The position numbers and the translations under genes are program-made. The notes under the pieces are model-generated. The model had not been told where the DNA came from. It did no database searches and saw nothing but the letters and a program-made list of their open reading frames with translations. From Neovahlkampfia damariscottae (Eukaryota): 54,950 bases of DNA. This document shows positions 1 through 12,746 of this stretch, in pieces (position 1 is the first letter of the stretch; the number at the start of each line of letters is the position of its first letter). The DNA lies in the NCBI GenBank assembly GCA_016618085.1, contig JABLTG010000041.1, positions 62,001 through 116,950 on the forward strand. The letters are read 5' to 3'.

Positions 1-691
1 AATTTTTCTTGAAAATCTATTTTCTTATCCATTTCAACTAAAAATTCCACATACTTTTCATCCACCGGAGAGTTATATATTTTTCTATTTTTGAAACAAA
101 TTTAATTTTTGTCTTCTTACTTAATCAAATCATCTGAAATGTAAACTTGTTCAACAAAATTTGAAAGTGATTTTGATGCTCCTTTTCTATTGTTTAACTG
201 AATGTTCATGGTGTATGATCTTTCTTGAAGTGTTTTAATTGATTCTGAAAGATTTCCAATATTAGTTTGAAAGTCATGTAAAATGCTTTCCATATTTTCT
301 AAAATAAAATCACATTCTTGTATTTTTTCATATAAATCAGCTAATCTCTCACTTTCTTGTAAATCTAAAAAAGTTATTCTTTTTTTTTTTTTTACAGTCT
401 TTTATGGAGTCTTCTTCAACTTGAATTAATTCTTCTTCGATTTGTTTTGAATGTTCTCTTATATCAATTCCTTTTTGAGTGGCATCTGAAATTAATTTAT
501 CTTGTTCAATGTAATTCAGTCCTTCTGTAGAACAAATAAAAATTTAGACCTCAATAATTCAGTTTACCATTCATTTCATCCCAATCTATTTCATCAGTGG
601 TCATGTCTAAATCATCCACATCATACTCAAATTCTACAGGTTTTTCCTTAGTCCGAGAACTTTTGTGTTCTTCAGCATCAAACAGAGACAT
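1..691 (-). CDS. VPS52: GARP complex subunit Vps52, N-terminal part; multi-exon, runs off the window start
   Basis: Not in the ORF track. Manual splicing from ATG at 691 gives ...ISDATQKGIDIREHSKQIEEELIQVEEDSIKDYLQESERLADLYEKIQECDFILENMESILHDFQTNIGNLSESIKTLQERSYTMNIQLNNRK, which matches the Vps52 N-terminus (GVDLRHYSKQVELEL...DYIQESENIASL...LQEQSGAMNIRLRNR). Confidence 0.9.
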
Positions 692-738
692 GATTTCCTT
701 GGATAAAAATTTAATTGACCAATAAAAAACGAATTATT

Positions 739-2975
739 TTATTTTTTTTCAAGTTTTGATTTTAAATTCTTCACTTCATCAAGTAACTTCATTTGTACAT
801 CTTCATATTTTTCTTTGTTTTTTTGAATAATTATTTTTTGATCCTCAATCTGTTTGCGAAGAAATTTAATTTCATTCTTTTGCTTCAACTGAGACTCTAC
901 AATGATTTCAAAAAGTTCATCTTTATGAATTGAATTTACAGCCATGAAAGATTTTTCTTTTAAATTTCCTTCAATATGATATTCAATACAATATTGTAAA
1001 ATTTCAAATGCATTCTTTTCATTGACCAATTGTTCAAGTTTTCTTGCTGCGAATGTTTTTAAAATATTCAAGACAAATTTATCAGAAACTTTAATCAAAT
1101 CTGTTAATGAATCTACTTTTGAAGGTAAAACAACATCTCTATTGTAAATATAATCTAAAATTAATGAAAGTGTCTCTGCTTTAACATCATTAATAATAAT
1201 TTTGTTTTGAGTTGATTCTTGAAAAGGTGATGATAACATGATTGAAAAATACTCTGAAAATGAAACTAAAATTGATTTATGAGCTTTGAATTCTTGATTA
1301 TCTGAAGATACCAAAATGATATCATACATCAATTTTGTGTAATATAACTTGACAATATGTTTGTGAATTCTTTGTTGATGAGGAATAATTTTATATTCAA
1401 TTTGTAAATTTGGTGGTTTGTTTAATGTGGAAATGGATAACAAATCAATCAAAATTTCATTTGAAATATCCTTTTGTTTCAATAATTTTTCTTTTGTTAT
1501 TTTTTCTTTATTTTTATAAAAAAATAGAAAACAATGTTGCTTCAAATTTTCAATTTCCATTTCATAAGATACTTTTAACATATTGAAAATATTCTCAATT
1601 GTTACAAAATGATCAAATTCTTTTAACAATCTGAACAGTAATTCTTTCAATAAAAATTGTTTTGTTGATGAAATTAATTTTAAATATTCAATCCAATTTG
1701 AATATTCAACATCATTTCCGTACATATAATTCAATATATTTTGAAAAACAAAACCATCAATTTTTGGAATAATAATTTTTTGAACATTTTCTCCCTTCTT
1801 TTCAATTAATTCAAGAATATATTTTGATTGTGAGACTATTGATTGATGACATGGAAATTCTTTTTTTCCTGCCACAATAATCAAATCATTAAATGATTTT
1901 GATTCTTTTAAACGATTCAAAATTTGTAAAATTTCTCTTTTTGAAATTAAATTATGACAATAAACATCATTATAATATTTCCCATCAAATCCTCCAAAAA
2001 TAAACATTGATCCATCTATAACATTTGCAGTATGTGATCTTCTATAACTTGGAACATTTCCAATAGAATCTACTTTATTCCATGAGTATTGTTTCAAATC
2101 AAATTGAAATAAATCATTACATTTTTTTGATGAACTTTCTCCACTAAAAATATACATTGAATCATTATATAAAACAGCTCTATAAAATCTTAGAAATTGA
2201 GTCATTCATACGTGTGTTTATTTCTCTTTGATGGAATTTCGTCTCCTGTATTTTTTATATTCTTCCACATTTTTTTTTTAAAATCAAAGAATGAAATATC
2301 AGATGTTTTGTTCAAAGTATTTCCAACACAACCAGCAAAAACAAACATTTTATCTTGATATACTATCGCTGTATGTTTATATCTTCTGTTTGGTAAATCA
2401 CTAAAAACGTCAATGTATGACCAAACATTTGTTTCAAGGTTTAAAGAAAAAATCTATGAATTTTTTTTTTTTGAGATATTATTTGATTTACTTCATTACA
2501 ACAACTTCCATCCCATCCTCCAAAAGTATACATTGCTAATTTTTAATTTACACAATTCTTACAATTTTCAAAAACTACTGAAGTGGATTCTTCTCGATTT
2601 GAAGGTGGCGTTCCTGAGGTCACTAATTTCTTCCAAGTATTTAATTTACAATCATAGACATGAACATCATTACAACGCCCTCCGTCATAACCTGTTATAA
2701 AGATTTTTAATTTTAATTTTCGTACCTCCAAAAATGTACATGTTATTTTTATGTATGACAGCTGTATGGTTTTCTCTTGGTGAAGGAAGTGTTCCTTTTG
2801 GCTCCAATAAACTCCAATGTAATTTTTTTGTATCAAAACTGTACAGGTCGTTATTTAATTGACCTGAAGAACCTCCAAATAGTAAAAGAAATTCATTATA
2901 AACAACACATGTATGTTTACAGCGTTTTGATGGAATTGAGCCAGTGGGTTTCAACAACGACCAATTTTCTTCCAT
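739..2975 (-). CDS. Kelch-repeat plus two BTB/POZ domain protein (LZTR1-like)
   Basis: Kelch repeats (PSxRxxHTAV...MYIFGG) are split by GT-AG introns at about 2694-2725, 2538-2563, 2455-2490 and 2180-2211. Two BTB domains follow (FPCHQSIV; FKAHKSILVSFSEYF), then a C-terminal coiled coil. Confidence 0.88.
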
Positions 2976-3107
2976 TCAACAAAATTATTTCATTGGACAA
3001 AGAAAAAAATGTGAAAATACTTATAAAAAAAAGTTTTTCAATAAGAAGAATAAATTATTCTTGCTTTTAACTTCTGGTACATTTGATTGGATAACGATTT
3101 TTTGTTG

Positions 3108-4927
3108 ATGACTGAAAGGATGAGCAATTTCTTGGAGAATAAAAATAAAATAAAAAAACAGTTGAATGAAACAACAAACTTAAAAACAACGATAGAATCT
3201 TTACAAAATGATTTGGGTAATTTTAACCAAAGTGAAATGGAAAGTTTAGATTCTTCAATTTTTCAATTCACAGATTTAGTTGGATGTGAAAGACCTCAAC
3301 TATGTTCAAAAATATTTTCAAATATGCAAGAAAAATTACTAAATTCAATTGAAACACTCGACTCAAAAACACTTGAAAATTTACTTTTTGCTTCTTTTCC
3401 TTATTTGGAATTTGAAGACTTAAAAATTGTACCATTGACAATTTTGAACAAAATAGAAAAAATACCTGACTCTATTTTGAATAAAATTGCAAATTCACCA
3501 CAAGTCTTAAAAGTAAAAAAAAAATAATTTATCCTTCTTCGAAGAATCTTCCTATTGAAATTAAAAGAAAAGTATGGGAGTATGATGTAGAAATATTCAG
3601 AAAAACAATGTATTTATATCATTTTAATTAATTATTGTTCAAATTTAGTTTTCCTTTATTCAGTAAATATCTTCAATTACAAAATGGAAATTTTTCGTTA
3701 ACAACACAACCAACAAAAAAAAAGTAAAAAAAAGAAATCGATTCTCATCTTTAGAACAAGTATCATTATAGACTTGATCAATTTGATTGGAAACTCATTG
3801 AAGTTGTACGATTTAGTTTTACATTTTTGTAGAACTTTATATGTCAACACTAACAATCCATCATTTTGTACTTTTAGGAGTGAAATTTTAATTTATTTAC
3901 ATGAAATTAAATTAAATGAAGTTTTTCAAAAAATTATTAAAACTTGAATAGTTATATGATTATGATCCATGTCATTATTTTTGTTGGTGGTTGGAAGCTT
4001 ATATTTTAAAACTTGAAGTAAATAAATTTGAAAATAGAAGAATTCAAGACTTAAGACAGTTCCTATTGTCACTAGAAATCAATACTCCAAGTTAACAAAA
4101 AAGAATCTTTTTTAACACTTTCTTTATTAGTTTGGGGTGATATTGCTATGATTTTAGGAAGTCCAATACCAAGTATTTCAATGGTTAGAAATATATTTTA
4201 TGTATTGGAATCATCTGAATACAAGTTTATTGTGAAATCAAAAAAGAAACCAAATGGTTTTTACATTGTGGACGAAATTACGGAAGAGAATTTGAAATTA
4301 TTATCACAATTATATTTGGCAGGTCGGAATTCACAACAAATGATTAAAGAAAAAAAATATGTTTTTCCAATCGTTGATAGAGATTTCATTGATCTATTTT
4401 ATCCAATCATGATCAAGTGTATCTTCAAAGATGTTCCAATTGACGAAGAAATAACATTCAAATTACATTATTTTATCAAAATGAATCCTTTAGCTGAAAA
4501 ACTTATTTTACTCTCAATTCTTTATTTGATGGAAAAAAAAATTATTCAACGTGAAAAAATTGAAAAAATTCTTCAAATTATAGCTTTACAAGATATAGGA
4601 TCATCAGTATTTTCAAAGAACGATCAATTTATCACTGATTTGTTTCAATATATTTCAAATGAAGAACAAGCAAATTTGATCATTTCAGAACTTGTCAAAT
4701 TTTCAAATATTTCTGCTTATTTACATTTGAAAATCATTTCTACATTATCTGACATTGTGAATGTTACTCATCTTGGAATCATCAAAGAAATGGTTGAAAT
4801 TGGAATCACCAATCAAAATACTGTCACACAGGTTAAAAAAAAATATGAAGTAATTTATGAAAAATTAAAACAAAATATTGATGAGTCCCAACTTGCTTTT
4901 TTGAAAGAGTATTTGAATAAAAATTGA
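3108..4927 (+). CDS. NELFB: Negative elongation factor B (COBRA1) homolog, multi-exon
   Basis: The spliced product contains LENLLFASFPY, LPIEIKRKVWE, IGNSLKLYDLVLHFCRTLY..TNNPSFCTFRSEIL, DPCHYFCWWLEA and LGDIAMIL. These match NELF-B blocks LEKSF, AVEVKRQIW, VGKNVKLYDMVLQFLRTLF..YCTLRAELL, DPCHKFTWCLDA and LGDLSMIL. Confidence 0.85.
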
Positions 4928-5139
4928 ATTTGATATTTAATGACTGAATTTTTGACAGTTAAGAATTGACAATCATCTTCATTTGAAATAAAACTATCAA
5001 AATATTGTCAATTTTTGAATTATTTCTTTTACATGTTTCTAATCAAAAATGTCAGACAAAATGTGTAAATCTGATTGGTTAGTTAATCAAAACCAATCAA
5101 GTGGTGTTTGGACAAAAAAAAACGTTGAAAGGTTGATTG

Positions 5140-7884
5140 ATGTCATTCATTGATGTATTGTTGGCAGATGAAAAAAAAGCTGAAAAAAAAGCTGCTTCAA
5201 AATCAAATTTGGGACCAAAAGCAAATGACGAACCAGCTTGGATGAAAAATGTCGGAAAAAAAAGTCCAAACACAAAAACCAAAACAAAAGAAGAATCTGA
5301 ACAAACATTGAAAGTTAATGACGAACCAGCTTGGATGAAAAATGTTAAAAAAAGACAATCCATGAGCAACCTACATGCTCAACAAGAAAAAGAAGAAGAA
5401 CCAGAATTTCTTAGAAAACAAAGAGAAAGAAAAGAACGTGAAGAAAAAGAAGGTTTAAGTGCATTTGCCAAACAAGAATTAGAAAAAGCTGAAAAAGAAA
5501 AAAAAGAAAGAGAAGAACAAGAAGAAAAATTACGTAAACTTAAAGAAGCTGATGAAAAAAAAGAAGCATTAAGAAAACAAAAACAGGAGCAAGATTCTTC
5601 ACTTGATAGTCCATCAAAAGTAGGTACACCTCGAAAATATATGAAAACACCAAGAGAAGAGGTTAAAAAGAAAGAAGAACCAAAAGAAACTTTAAAAGCA
5701 AATGAAGAGCCAGCTTGGATGAAAAATATGAAAAAAAGACAGTCAATGAGTAGTGCAAAAAAAGAAGAAGTGAAGGAAGAAGAACCTGAGTTTGTTAGAA
5801 AACAAAGAGAAAGAAGAGAACGTGAAGAAAAAGAAGGTTCTTTTGCCAAGCAAGAATTAGAAAAAGCTGAAAAAGAAAAAAAAGAAAGAGAAGAACAAGA
5901 AGAAAAATTACGTAAACTTAAAGAAGCTGATGAAAGAAAAGAAGCATTAAGAAAACAAAAAGAAGAACAAAAGTTAGAACAAGAAAGAATTGAAAAAGAA
6001 AAAGCAACAAAAAGGGCACTTGAAAAACTTGAAAAAATTAAACAAAAACAATCCGAAAAAGGTTTATTAGATGATGAAATTCCGATAGTTGAAGCAACAG
6101 GTGAAGATAGTCCTGCCAATGAAAATTTAGAAAAAGAATCAAATGGTGGAGCTCCAAAACCAAGAGAGAAATATTCTTTAACTGATTTACTTCAAAAAGA
6201 AAAATCACAAGAAGATTTAAAAAAGAAAGAAGAGGAAGAAAAGGAAAAACAAGATAAACTTGCTCAAGCTGAATCTGAAAAAAGACAAAAAGAAATTGAA
6301 CAAGAAGAACAGAAAAAAAAACAAGAAGAAGAAAAAAAAAAGAAAGAGAAAGAAGAACAAGAAGAAGAAAAACGTAAAAAAACAGAAGAAGAAAGATTAG
6401 CGAAATTAAAAGAAGAAGAAGCTAAAAAAGAACAATCACAAGAAAAAGAATCAAAGGAAGAAGAAGCAGAAGAAGAAATAAAAGGAAACTCAGCTCCACG
6501 TCAAAAATATTCATTGACTGATTTATTACAAAAAGAAAATTCTGAATCAAAAGAAACTGAAAAAGTAGATCCTTCTTCTGAAGTAAATTTGAAAAGAACA
6601 AACATATCAACTGAAGAAAAAGTTGAAAAAGTTGAAGAAAAACCAAGTTATAGAACAAATGGAAATGGATCTTCAAGACCTATTGAACAACCAAAACAAG
6701 AAGAGATTAAGGATTATATGACAAATTTGAAAAATGAAATGACTTCAGTTTCAAGTGGAAATGGTAGAATGATTGTACTTGATAATGGAAGTGGAGCAAC
6801 TAAAGCAGGATTTTCAGGTGATGAATATCCAAAAGTAGTTATGCCTTGTATGATTGGAACACCAAAAAATAAATCAATTATGGTTGGAGGAGCAACAAAA
6901 GAATTTTATATCGGAGAAGAAGCACAAGCAATGAGAGGTGTATTACAATTAAGATATCCAGTTAGAACAGGTATTGTTTCAAATTGGGATGATATGGAAG
7001 AAATTTGGACACATGTTTTTCATAATGAATTAAGAATTGAAACAGAAGAACAAAAAGGTATTGTAGTGACTGAGGCACCTTTGAATCCAAAAGAAAATAG
7101 AGAAAGAACAATGCAAATGATGTTTGAAAAATTCAATTTTCCTGCAATGTACATGTCTATTCAAGCCGTACTTTCTTTATACGCTGCTGGTAAAACAACA
7201 GGTTTGATTTGTGATGCTGGTGATGGTGTTATTCACACAGTTCCTATTTATGAAGGATATGCTTTGCAACATGCTATTCAAAGATTAGATTTTGCTGGTG
7301 CTCAACTTACAGATTATTTACAAACAATTTTAACAGAAAGAGGAATTAAATTAGCAACAACAGCAGAACGTGAAATTGTTAGAGATATCAAAGAAAAATT
7401 AGTTTATGTTGCTGAAGATTTCGACCAAGAAATGGAACTTTCTTCAACAACCAATCAAATTGAAAGGGAATATGAATTACCTGATGGAAAGAAAATTACT
7501 ATTGGAAATGAAAGATTTAGATGCGCAGAAGTTTTATTTAAACCAAATTTGATTGGTGATGAATCAAAAGGTATTCATGAATTAATTCATCAATCCGTTC
7601 AAAAAACTGATATTGACATTAGAAAAGACTTATATCATAATATTGTTCTTTCAGGTGGTACAACTTTGTTTAATGGATTGACAGAAAGATTACACAAGGA
7701 ATTAGAATTTTTAATTCCAAATTCATTAAAATTAAAGATTTGGGCACCAAAAGAAAGAAGATTTTCAGTTTGGCAAGGTGGTTCAATTCTTTCTTCTGTC
7801 AAAACTTTTCAAGATCAAATGATGATAACACAAGAAGAATATGATGAACAAGGTTTAAAAATTATACATCAAAAATGTTTTTAA
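5140..7884 (+). CDS. Divergent actin fused to a ~540-aa repetitive E/K-rich N-terminal extension; intronless
   Basis: The C-terminal ~370 aa is a complete actin fold ([39 protein letters not shown], ending HQKCF). First ATG is at 5140. Confidence 0.92.
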   Translation: MSFIDVLLADEKKAEKKAASKSNLGPKANDEPAWMKNVGKKSPNTKTKTKEESEQTLKVNDEPAWMKNVKKRQSMSNLHAQQEKEEEPEFLRKQRERKEREEKEGLSAFAKQELEKAEKEKKEREEQEEKLRKLKEADEKKEALRKQKQEQDSSLDSPSKVGTPRKYMKTPREEVKKKEEPKETLKANEEPAWMKNMKKRQSMSSAKKEEVKEEEPEFVRKQRERREREEKEGSFAKQELEKAEKEKKEREEQEEKLRKLKEADERKEALRKQKEEQKLEQERIEKEKATKRALEKLEKIKQKQSEKGLLDDEIPIVEATGEDSPANENLEKESNGGAPKPREKYSLTDLLQKEKSQEDLKKKEEEEKEKQDKLAQAESEKRQKEIEQEEQKKKQEEEKKKKEKEEQEEEKRKKTEEERLAKLKEEEAKKEQSQEKESKEEEAEEEIKGNSAPRQKYSLTDLLQKENSESKETEKVDPSSEVNLKRTNISTEEKVEKVEEKPSYRTNGNGSSRPIEQPKQEEIKDYMTNLKNEMTSVSSGNGRMIVLDNGSGATKAGFSGDEYPKVVMPCMIGTPKNKSIMVGGATKEFYIGEEAQAMRGVLQLRYPVRTGIVSNWDDMEEIWTHVFHNELRIETEEQKGIVVTEAPLNPKENRERTMQMMFEKFNFPAMYMSIQAVLSLYAAGKTTGLICDAGDGVIHTVPIYEGYALQHAIQRLDFAGAQLTDYLQTILTERGIKLATTAEREIVRDIKEKLVYVAEDFDQEMELSSTTNQIEREYELPDGKKITIGNERFRCAEVLFKPNLIGDESKGIHELIHQSVQKTDIDIRKDLYHNIVLSGGTTLFNGLTERLHKELEFLIPNSLKLKIWAPKERRFSVWQGGSILSSVKTFQDQMMITQEEYDEQGLKIIHQKCF
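5317..5962 (+). repeat. Internal tandem duplication of about 270 bp (two copies) in the actin extension, plus a third EPAWMKN copy at 5224
   Basis: 5317-5587 and 5701-5962 share near-identical DNA (caagaattagaaaaagctgaaaaagaaaaaaaagaaagagaagaacaagaagaaaaattacgtaaacttaaagaagctgatgaa). Confidence 0.85.
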
Positions 7885-7998
7885 AAAAAATAAAATCTTT
7901 TGTATTATTATCAAAAAAAGAAAGAAAAAATTTGTTTTTTTTTTGTTTTTTTTAAGTGGTTTTATTGGTCAATATTTTAGAAGCAAAAGACAAGTAAA

Positions 7999-8679
7999 AT
8001 GGAGCTTCAAAGAAGTGTGTCTTTAAGAAAACGTAGAGAAAATATCTCAACCCAAGATTTGTATAATGATGTAGAATATCCAAAATCTGCTATGCCTACT
8101 ATAGAAGATGAAAGTTACGTTTTTGTTGAGGAAGACGAAATTTTAGAATATACTTCTTTTGAAGGTGAAGAAAAAGAACTAAAAGAAGAAGAAAAATCAC
8201 TAAAACTTTGGTTACGATCAAAAGTTGACTTTGAAGAAGATGATTTATTTGAAGCTTTGGAGTCTGGAATTGTAAGAAAATAATAAGTTATTTATTGATA
8301 ATAGGTTCTCTCAAAATTGATATCTGATCATTTTTCTTTTAAAAATTTATTAAAAATCCGAACAGAATTAGTTTCAAAAATGTTGGATTCGAAATTTAAC
8401 TTCAGAATTTTAAATGAAGTTTTATGGTCAAAATGGAACTTTGAAATAAAATTTGAAGATGTTGTAAACAGGAATAAAATACCTGTTATTAATGCATTGG
8501 AAAGATTAAAAATTGAAATTGAAAAAGAAGAAAAAAAAGAAGCAGAAATTTTGCAAGAACATAAACAAATAGATCAACATGAAAAATCAAAATTCAGAAT
8601 TATCATTGAAATGTTCATTTTACCTTATTTAATTTTTTATTTTATTTTTGAAAGAATAAAAAAAATATTTAGTAGTTGA
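7999..8679 (+). CDS. Calponin-homology-like domain protein with a C-terminal transmembrane helix
   Basis: Intron 8272-8304 joins the two ORFs. LKLWL...DDLFEALESGIVLSKLI...EDVVNRNKIPVINAL resembles CH-domain helices. C-terminal hydrophobic stretch IIIEMFILPYLIFYFIF. Confidence 0.5.
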
Positions 8680-8685
8680 AAATTT

Positions 8686-10692
8686 TTATTCAATAAAAAA
8701 TTTTGTGTATTTTCTTTTCAACTCAATTGAACGTTCATTACTTTTTTTAGAGATTGAATTCAATAATTCAATAGTTGGATTATCAATTTTTTTTAATAAA
8801 GAAAAGATTAAATCCCAAATAAATTTCCTATCAAAATCAAAATCATTTTGATTTATGACCCAATTTAAAAGATCCAATGAAGAAACAACTTTTAATTCCA
8901 CATAAATTTCAAATGTAATTTTCAACATCTAAAAAGAAGTTTAAAATTTTTTTTTTTCTACTTGATTTGAACAATTCCAAAACTCTTTTGTATAATTCAA
9001 AACATCATTCATTTCCATTTCTTTAATTAATTCAATATATCTTTTAATAAAAGTTTGTAAATGAGAATAACTAGTGGAACCAAGATATAAAATTGATTTT
9101 AATAAATCATTCTTTTCAATATTCAAATTTTTAATTTCAAAATTTGATTTTCTTTCTTTCATTGTCATAATAACTTGTTCATTTTTTGATTTTAAATCAA
9201 TTTGTTTTTTCAATGGAAATAATGAATGAAAAGAATTTGGAATATATTCAATTAATTTTTCAAAAAATGATAAATTTAACATTTCTTCAAATAAATCTTT
9301 CAAGAAATTAATTTGCTTGAAATTTTTTTTTTCATCATCAAAATTGAATTCAAATTTTTTCCAATTGAATTGAAAATTAAAATAATCCAAATGAAAAGCA
9401 AGATATGAACAAAATCTATCTCTAATCTAAATCAGAATATTAATAAATATAATTTCTTTACTTGTGAATCCATTTCTTCAATTTTATCAAAAAAATATAA
9501 AATATAACGATAAGTGATTCTTGAAAATTCAACTCTTCTTTCACATAATTCACAAATCAATAAGAAATAATAAACTTCTGAAAAATTCAAATTTGGTAAT
9601 AAGAACAATTCAGAAAAGATTATATCAATAATTTTAACATTGATATCCAAATCATGAAAATTAATTTGTAAAAGTGCATTAACACATTCTTTATAACCAT
9701 GTTTATTATAAAGAAATAAAATATCAAAAATATATTCTTCAATAAAAAAATTATCCTCCATTGAAATAGTATCATCTTCAATACTCAAAATATTACGATA
9801 ATATTCTTTTTTTGATGTATCATCAGTTTTTATTGATATTTCAAACTTTTTTAGACTTTTGAAATTTTCTTCTTCTACATCTCCTGTTGATGTCTCTTTG
9901 ATTTGAATTTGTTTTTTAATTTGATTCCAAATCGTTTTTAAAAAGTCATTTTGGTTTTTTGATAATCCTTTGAGAGATGAGAATTTCTTTTTATTTCTAT
10001 CATCAAGATAATCTTCTATTTCTTCAATAAACTCTTTTGACACTTTTGAAACCTAATTTAAAGGAATTAGATGTGAATTTGAATTTATTTACCCATGGTA
10101 GTGTTGATATAACAATATAACAAAATGAGTCTTTGATGTCTGTGGTTGTATTTTCTTCTTTTGTTTTTGAAAAAAATGTTGAAAGTAAACTTGAAACATC
10201 TTCATATGAAAATAAAGAAAATTGCTCTAGTTGAAATAAAAATCGAAGAATTAATTTCATTTTTATCCAATTTCCATTTTTTAAATTTTCTTCTAATAAA
10301 ATGTTCAAATTATCAATTAATAAAGTTGGAAATTTAGGTTCTTTATATGATATTAGATGAATTAATTCCGCATATATTTTGGTTTTGCAAGGCAGTTCAG
10401 TTATACTTTTTAGAAATTAGACGAAAAAATAATTTTTTTAAAACCATGTTGAAACAGAGTCAATAATACGATTTGAGTGTTCATAAGATTCTTCAATGAG
10501 TACGTTTGAAAGTTTTTCAAGTTGTTCTTTTGCTAAATTCGGAGAATCTCCAACTTTTTCAATTAAGGTATCAATTCTGTTCAAAAAGCGCTCGGAATCA
10601 TCTCCTGGTGAATAGGATCTTCTATTTTGACGTTTTCTATGATCAGGAGAGATTGATCTTCTTCGCTTATTTTCATAACGACTTTCCTTCAT
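8686..10692 (-). CDS. NCBP1: Nuclear cap-binding protein subunit 1 (CBP80), multi-exon
   Basis: Basic NLS (KRRR..RKRQNRR), then IDTLIEKVGD, ELPCKTKIYA, IFSELFLLP....VYY..LICELC and LGSTSYSHL. These are the CBP80 MIF4G signatures. Confidence 0.85.
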
Positions 10693-10754
10693 TTCCGAAA
10701 ATTGACCAATAAAACCAGACAAAAGTGTGATTGGTTCATTTTGTTCTCCACTTG
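10693..10754. promoter_or_regulatory. 62-bp bidirectional promoter (NCBP1 / Ac45-like) with two opposed CCAAT boxes
   Basis: ttgaccaat at 10702 and gattggtt at 10729 lie between divergent ATGs. Confidence 0.6.
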
Positions 10755-11708
10755 ATGTCAATAACTACAAGAATTTTCGCATTTGCTTGCTTAATTATAG
10801 CATGTACTTGTTCAGAAATGAGCTATGTACCAAATTTAATGTGGTCTGGAAAGTCCACTTTACCAGGAAAATACCTTCATGATTCTGTTTGTTCAGTTTC
10901 AGAGATCAAAAAGCAAATTTCAAATGTAATGAATTCTCAACAATCAAATTTATTCAAAAAAAAACCAAAAGTTATTGTTTCTTTTGTTTCTGAAGATGTA
11001 AAAAAAAAATAAAAAAAATAATTATTTCAAAAGTTGGACACAAAAAAATTTGCTGGATTGGCAAATAGTTTGAATGATAAAAAAGAAACATTTTCAAATT
11101 TAATGAATTTAGTTAAAACATCAACTTCATCAATTGTTTATCCTGCTTGTAAAGTTGATGATTCATTTTTAAAAAATTTAAAACCAACAATCATCGCGTC
11201 ATATGAATCATTTGACGAAAATGTTTTAGTAAAAAAAAAAAACAACTAAAAATCAGAATTTCCAACCAACAGAAAAAACTGAATTAGTCGTCATTTCACT
11301 CGGAAAATCAACAACAGAAACAGAATACAAAAGCAAAGGTAAAAAAAAAAACAAGGTTAAAACACCTATATAGATGCATTTATGAAAAGAATTGTTTCAA
11401 AAATCAACAAATTAACTTCTGGTGATTATGTTGGAATTTTCACAACCAATGTTAAAATGACAAGAGATGAGTTGAAACATGAACAAATTGGAACAAGAAG
11501 ATTACTTTCAACATTTCAAACAACAACTACAAATGATACTTATTGGGTTAATGAAACAATGTTGGTTGATGAATCAGTTTTAGCAGGTGTAATTTCAATG
11601 ACCATTTTGTTAACCATTTTTATTCTTGCTTTTTGTGCAATCAATAGAGTTTCAGTTTCACCACATCTTACAGATGCTTTTGGTGCTGATGCAAAAAAAA
11701 CACAATAA
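10755..11708 (+). CDS. Probable V-ATPase accessory subunit S1 (Ac45/Voa1-like) type I membrane protein
   Basis: Signal peptide, VPNLMWSG N-terminal motif and a single C-terminal TM (SVLAGVISMTILLTIFILAF) with a short tail. Three small introns. Confidence 0.55.
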
Positions 11709-11715
11709 AAATTTT

Positions 11716-12631
11716 TCATTTATTTTTGTTAAAATTTTTCAATTCAAATTCAGGAGCTATGTAACGATAAGAATTAACAAGTAGTTTCGGTTCATGTCCA
11801 TTAACCATATGATACATGTATAATTGAATAATCCCTAATCTATATGCTCCAATGGATGAAAATAAATGCCAAAATGCTGAAAAATTTAATGAACAAACAA
11901 CTTACAATGAAATTTAAAATGTTCAACATCATGACAAAACATGTTTTCAATATTCCATAGTATAAACCCAAGGATAAATATTCCAGCAGATTCGAACCAA
12001 AGTAATGTACCCCTTTCATAATGTCTGCAATGACTCAAAGCCAAAAAAAAAGTTATCAAAGTTACAACACCAAAAGTGATGAAAAAAAATTCAGGGCTTT
12101 CTAAAATGAAGTTAAAAATAAAAAATATTTTCTACCAGGATAGTATACCATTGTCATGGTAACAGCTGCATTGATAAAAATTCCAAAAATTGCAAGTAAA
12201 TATTTTTTTAAAGTTGATGTATTTGGTTGAATAGTCAACACAATAAAACAACTTTGTGATATTAAATAGAGCATAGGTAATTCATCTAACAATTGAGCTG
12301 ATCTTAATAAAGTTGCGTGAAATAAACAAGAACCAATTCCTACAATCAAGAAAATTGTTGGAAGTAAACGTAACTTAAAAGGAGCATTTACATAGACAGT
12401 TTTGAAACCTATTATTGCAAGGATAATATAGCTTAAATTTGTGATAGTATTCCATGTTTCAGCCATCCATGTTACATGTAAGTAATTTGGTTCACACCAA
12501 TCTACACTTGAAGTCTTTTCCAAAGTTAGAAACTATCCAACTGAACTTACAGAAGGTGACCAAAATCCAAGTCCTAAAGGTTTAATGGAAGTTATTTTCT
12601 TACTTGTGTGGTCAAGTTTGTTAAATTGCAT
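11716..12631 (-). CDS. Alkaline ceramidase (ACER3-like, CREST family)
   Basis: GFWSPSTSSVDWCEPNY, AETWNTITN, GIGSCLFHATL, QLLDELPM and HSFWH after splicing. Confidence 0.92.
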
Positions 12632-12746
12632 TCGTTGGCAAAAATGAAAGGCCAATCAGATACAACTCTATTTACCCGACAGGATAAATTCAAAAAAGGA
12701 TAAATTTGTTGTTCACAAATGAGATAAAAGAGTTGAAACCATTTTT

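Noticed and set aside
4950..5060. Cluster of TGACA motifs upstream of the actin fusion as TALE-homeodomain sites
   Set aside because: A 5-mer in AT-rich DNA, with no way to show significance from this window.
5224..5730. Spaced ~27-bp direct repeats resembling a CRISPR array
   Set aside because: They are in-frame coding repeats (EPAWMKN) with irregular spacing, in a eukaryotic context with no cas genes.
5097..6676. Antisense ORFs (5097-5369, 5379-6119, 6422-6676) rich in F/S/L
   Set aside because: They are shadows of the GAA/AAA-rich coding strand of the actin extension.
12574..12603. Possible 30-nt in-frame intron at the ceramidase N-terminus
   Set aside because: Both spliced and retained forms are open, so this cannot be decided without cDNA.
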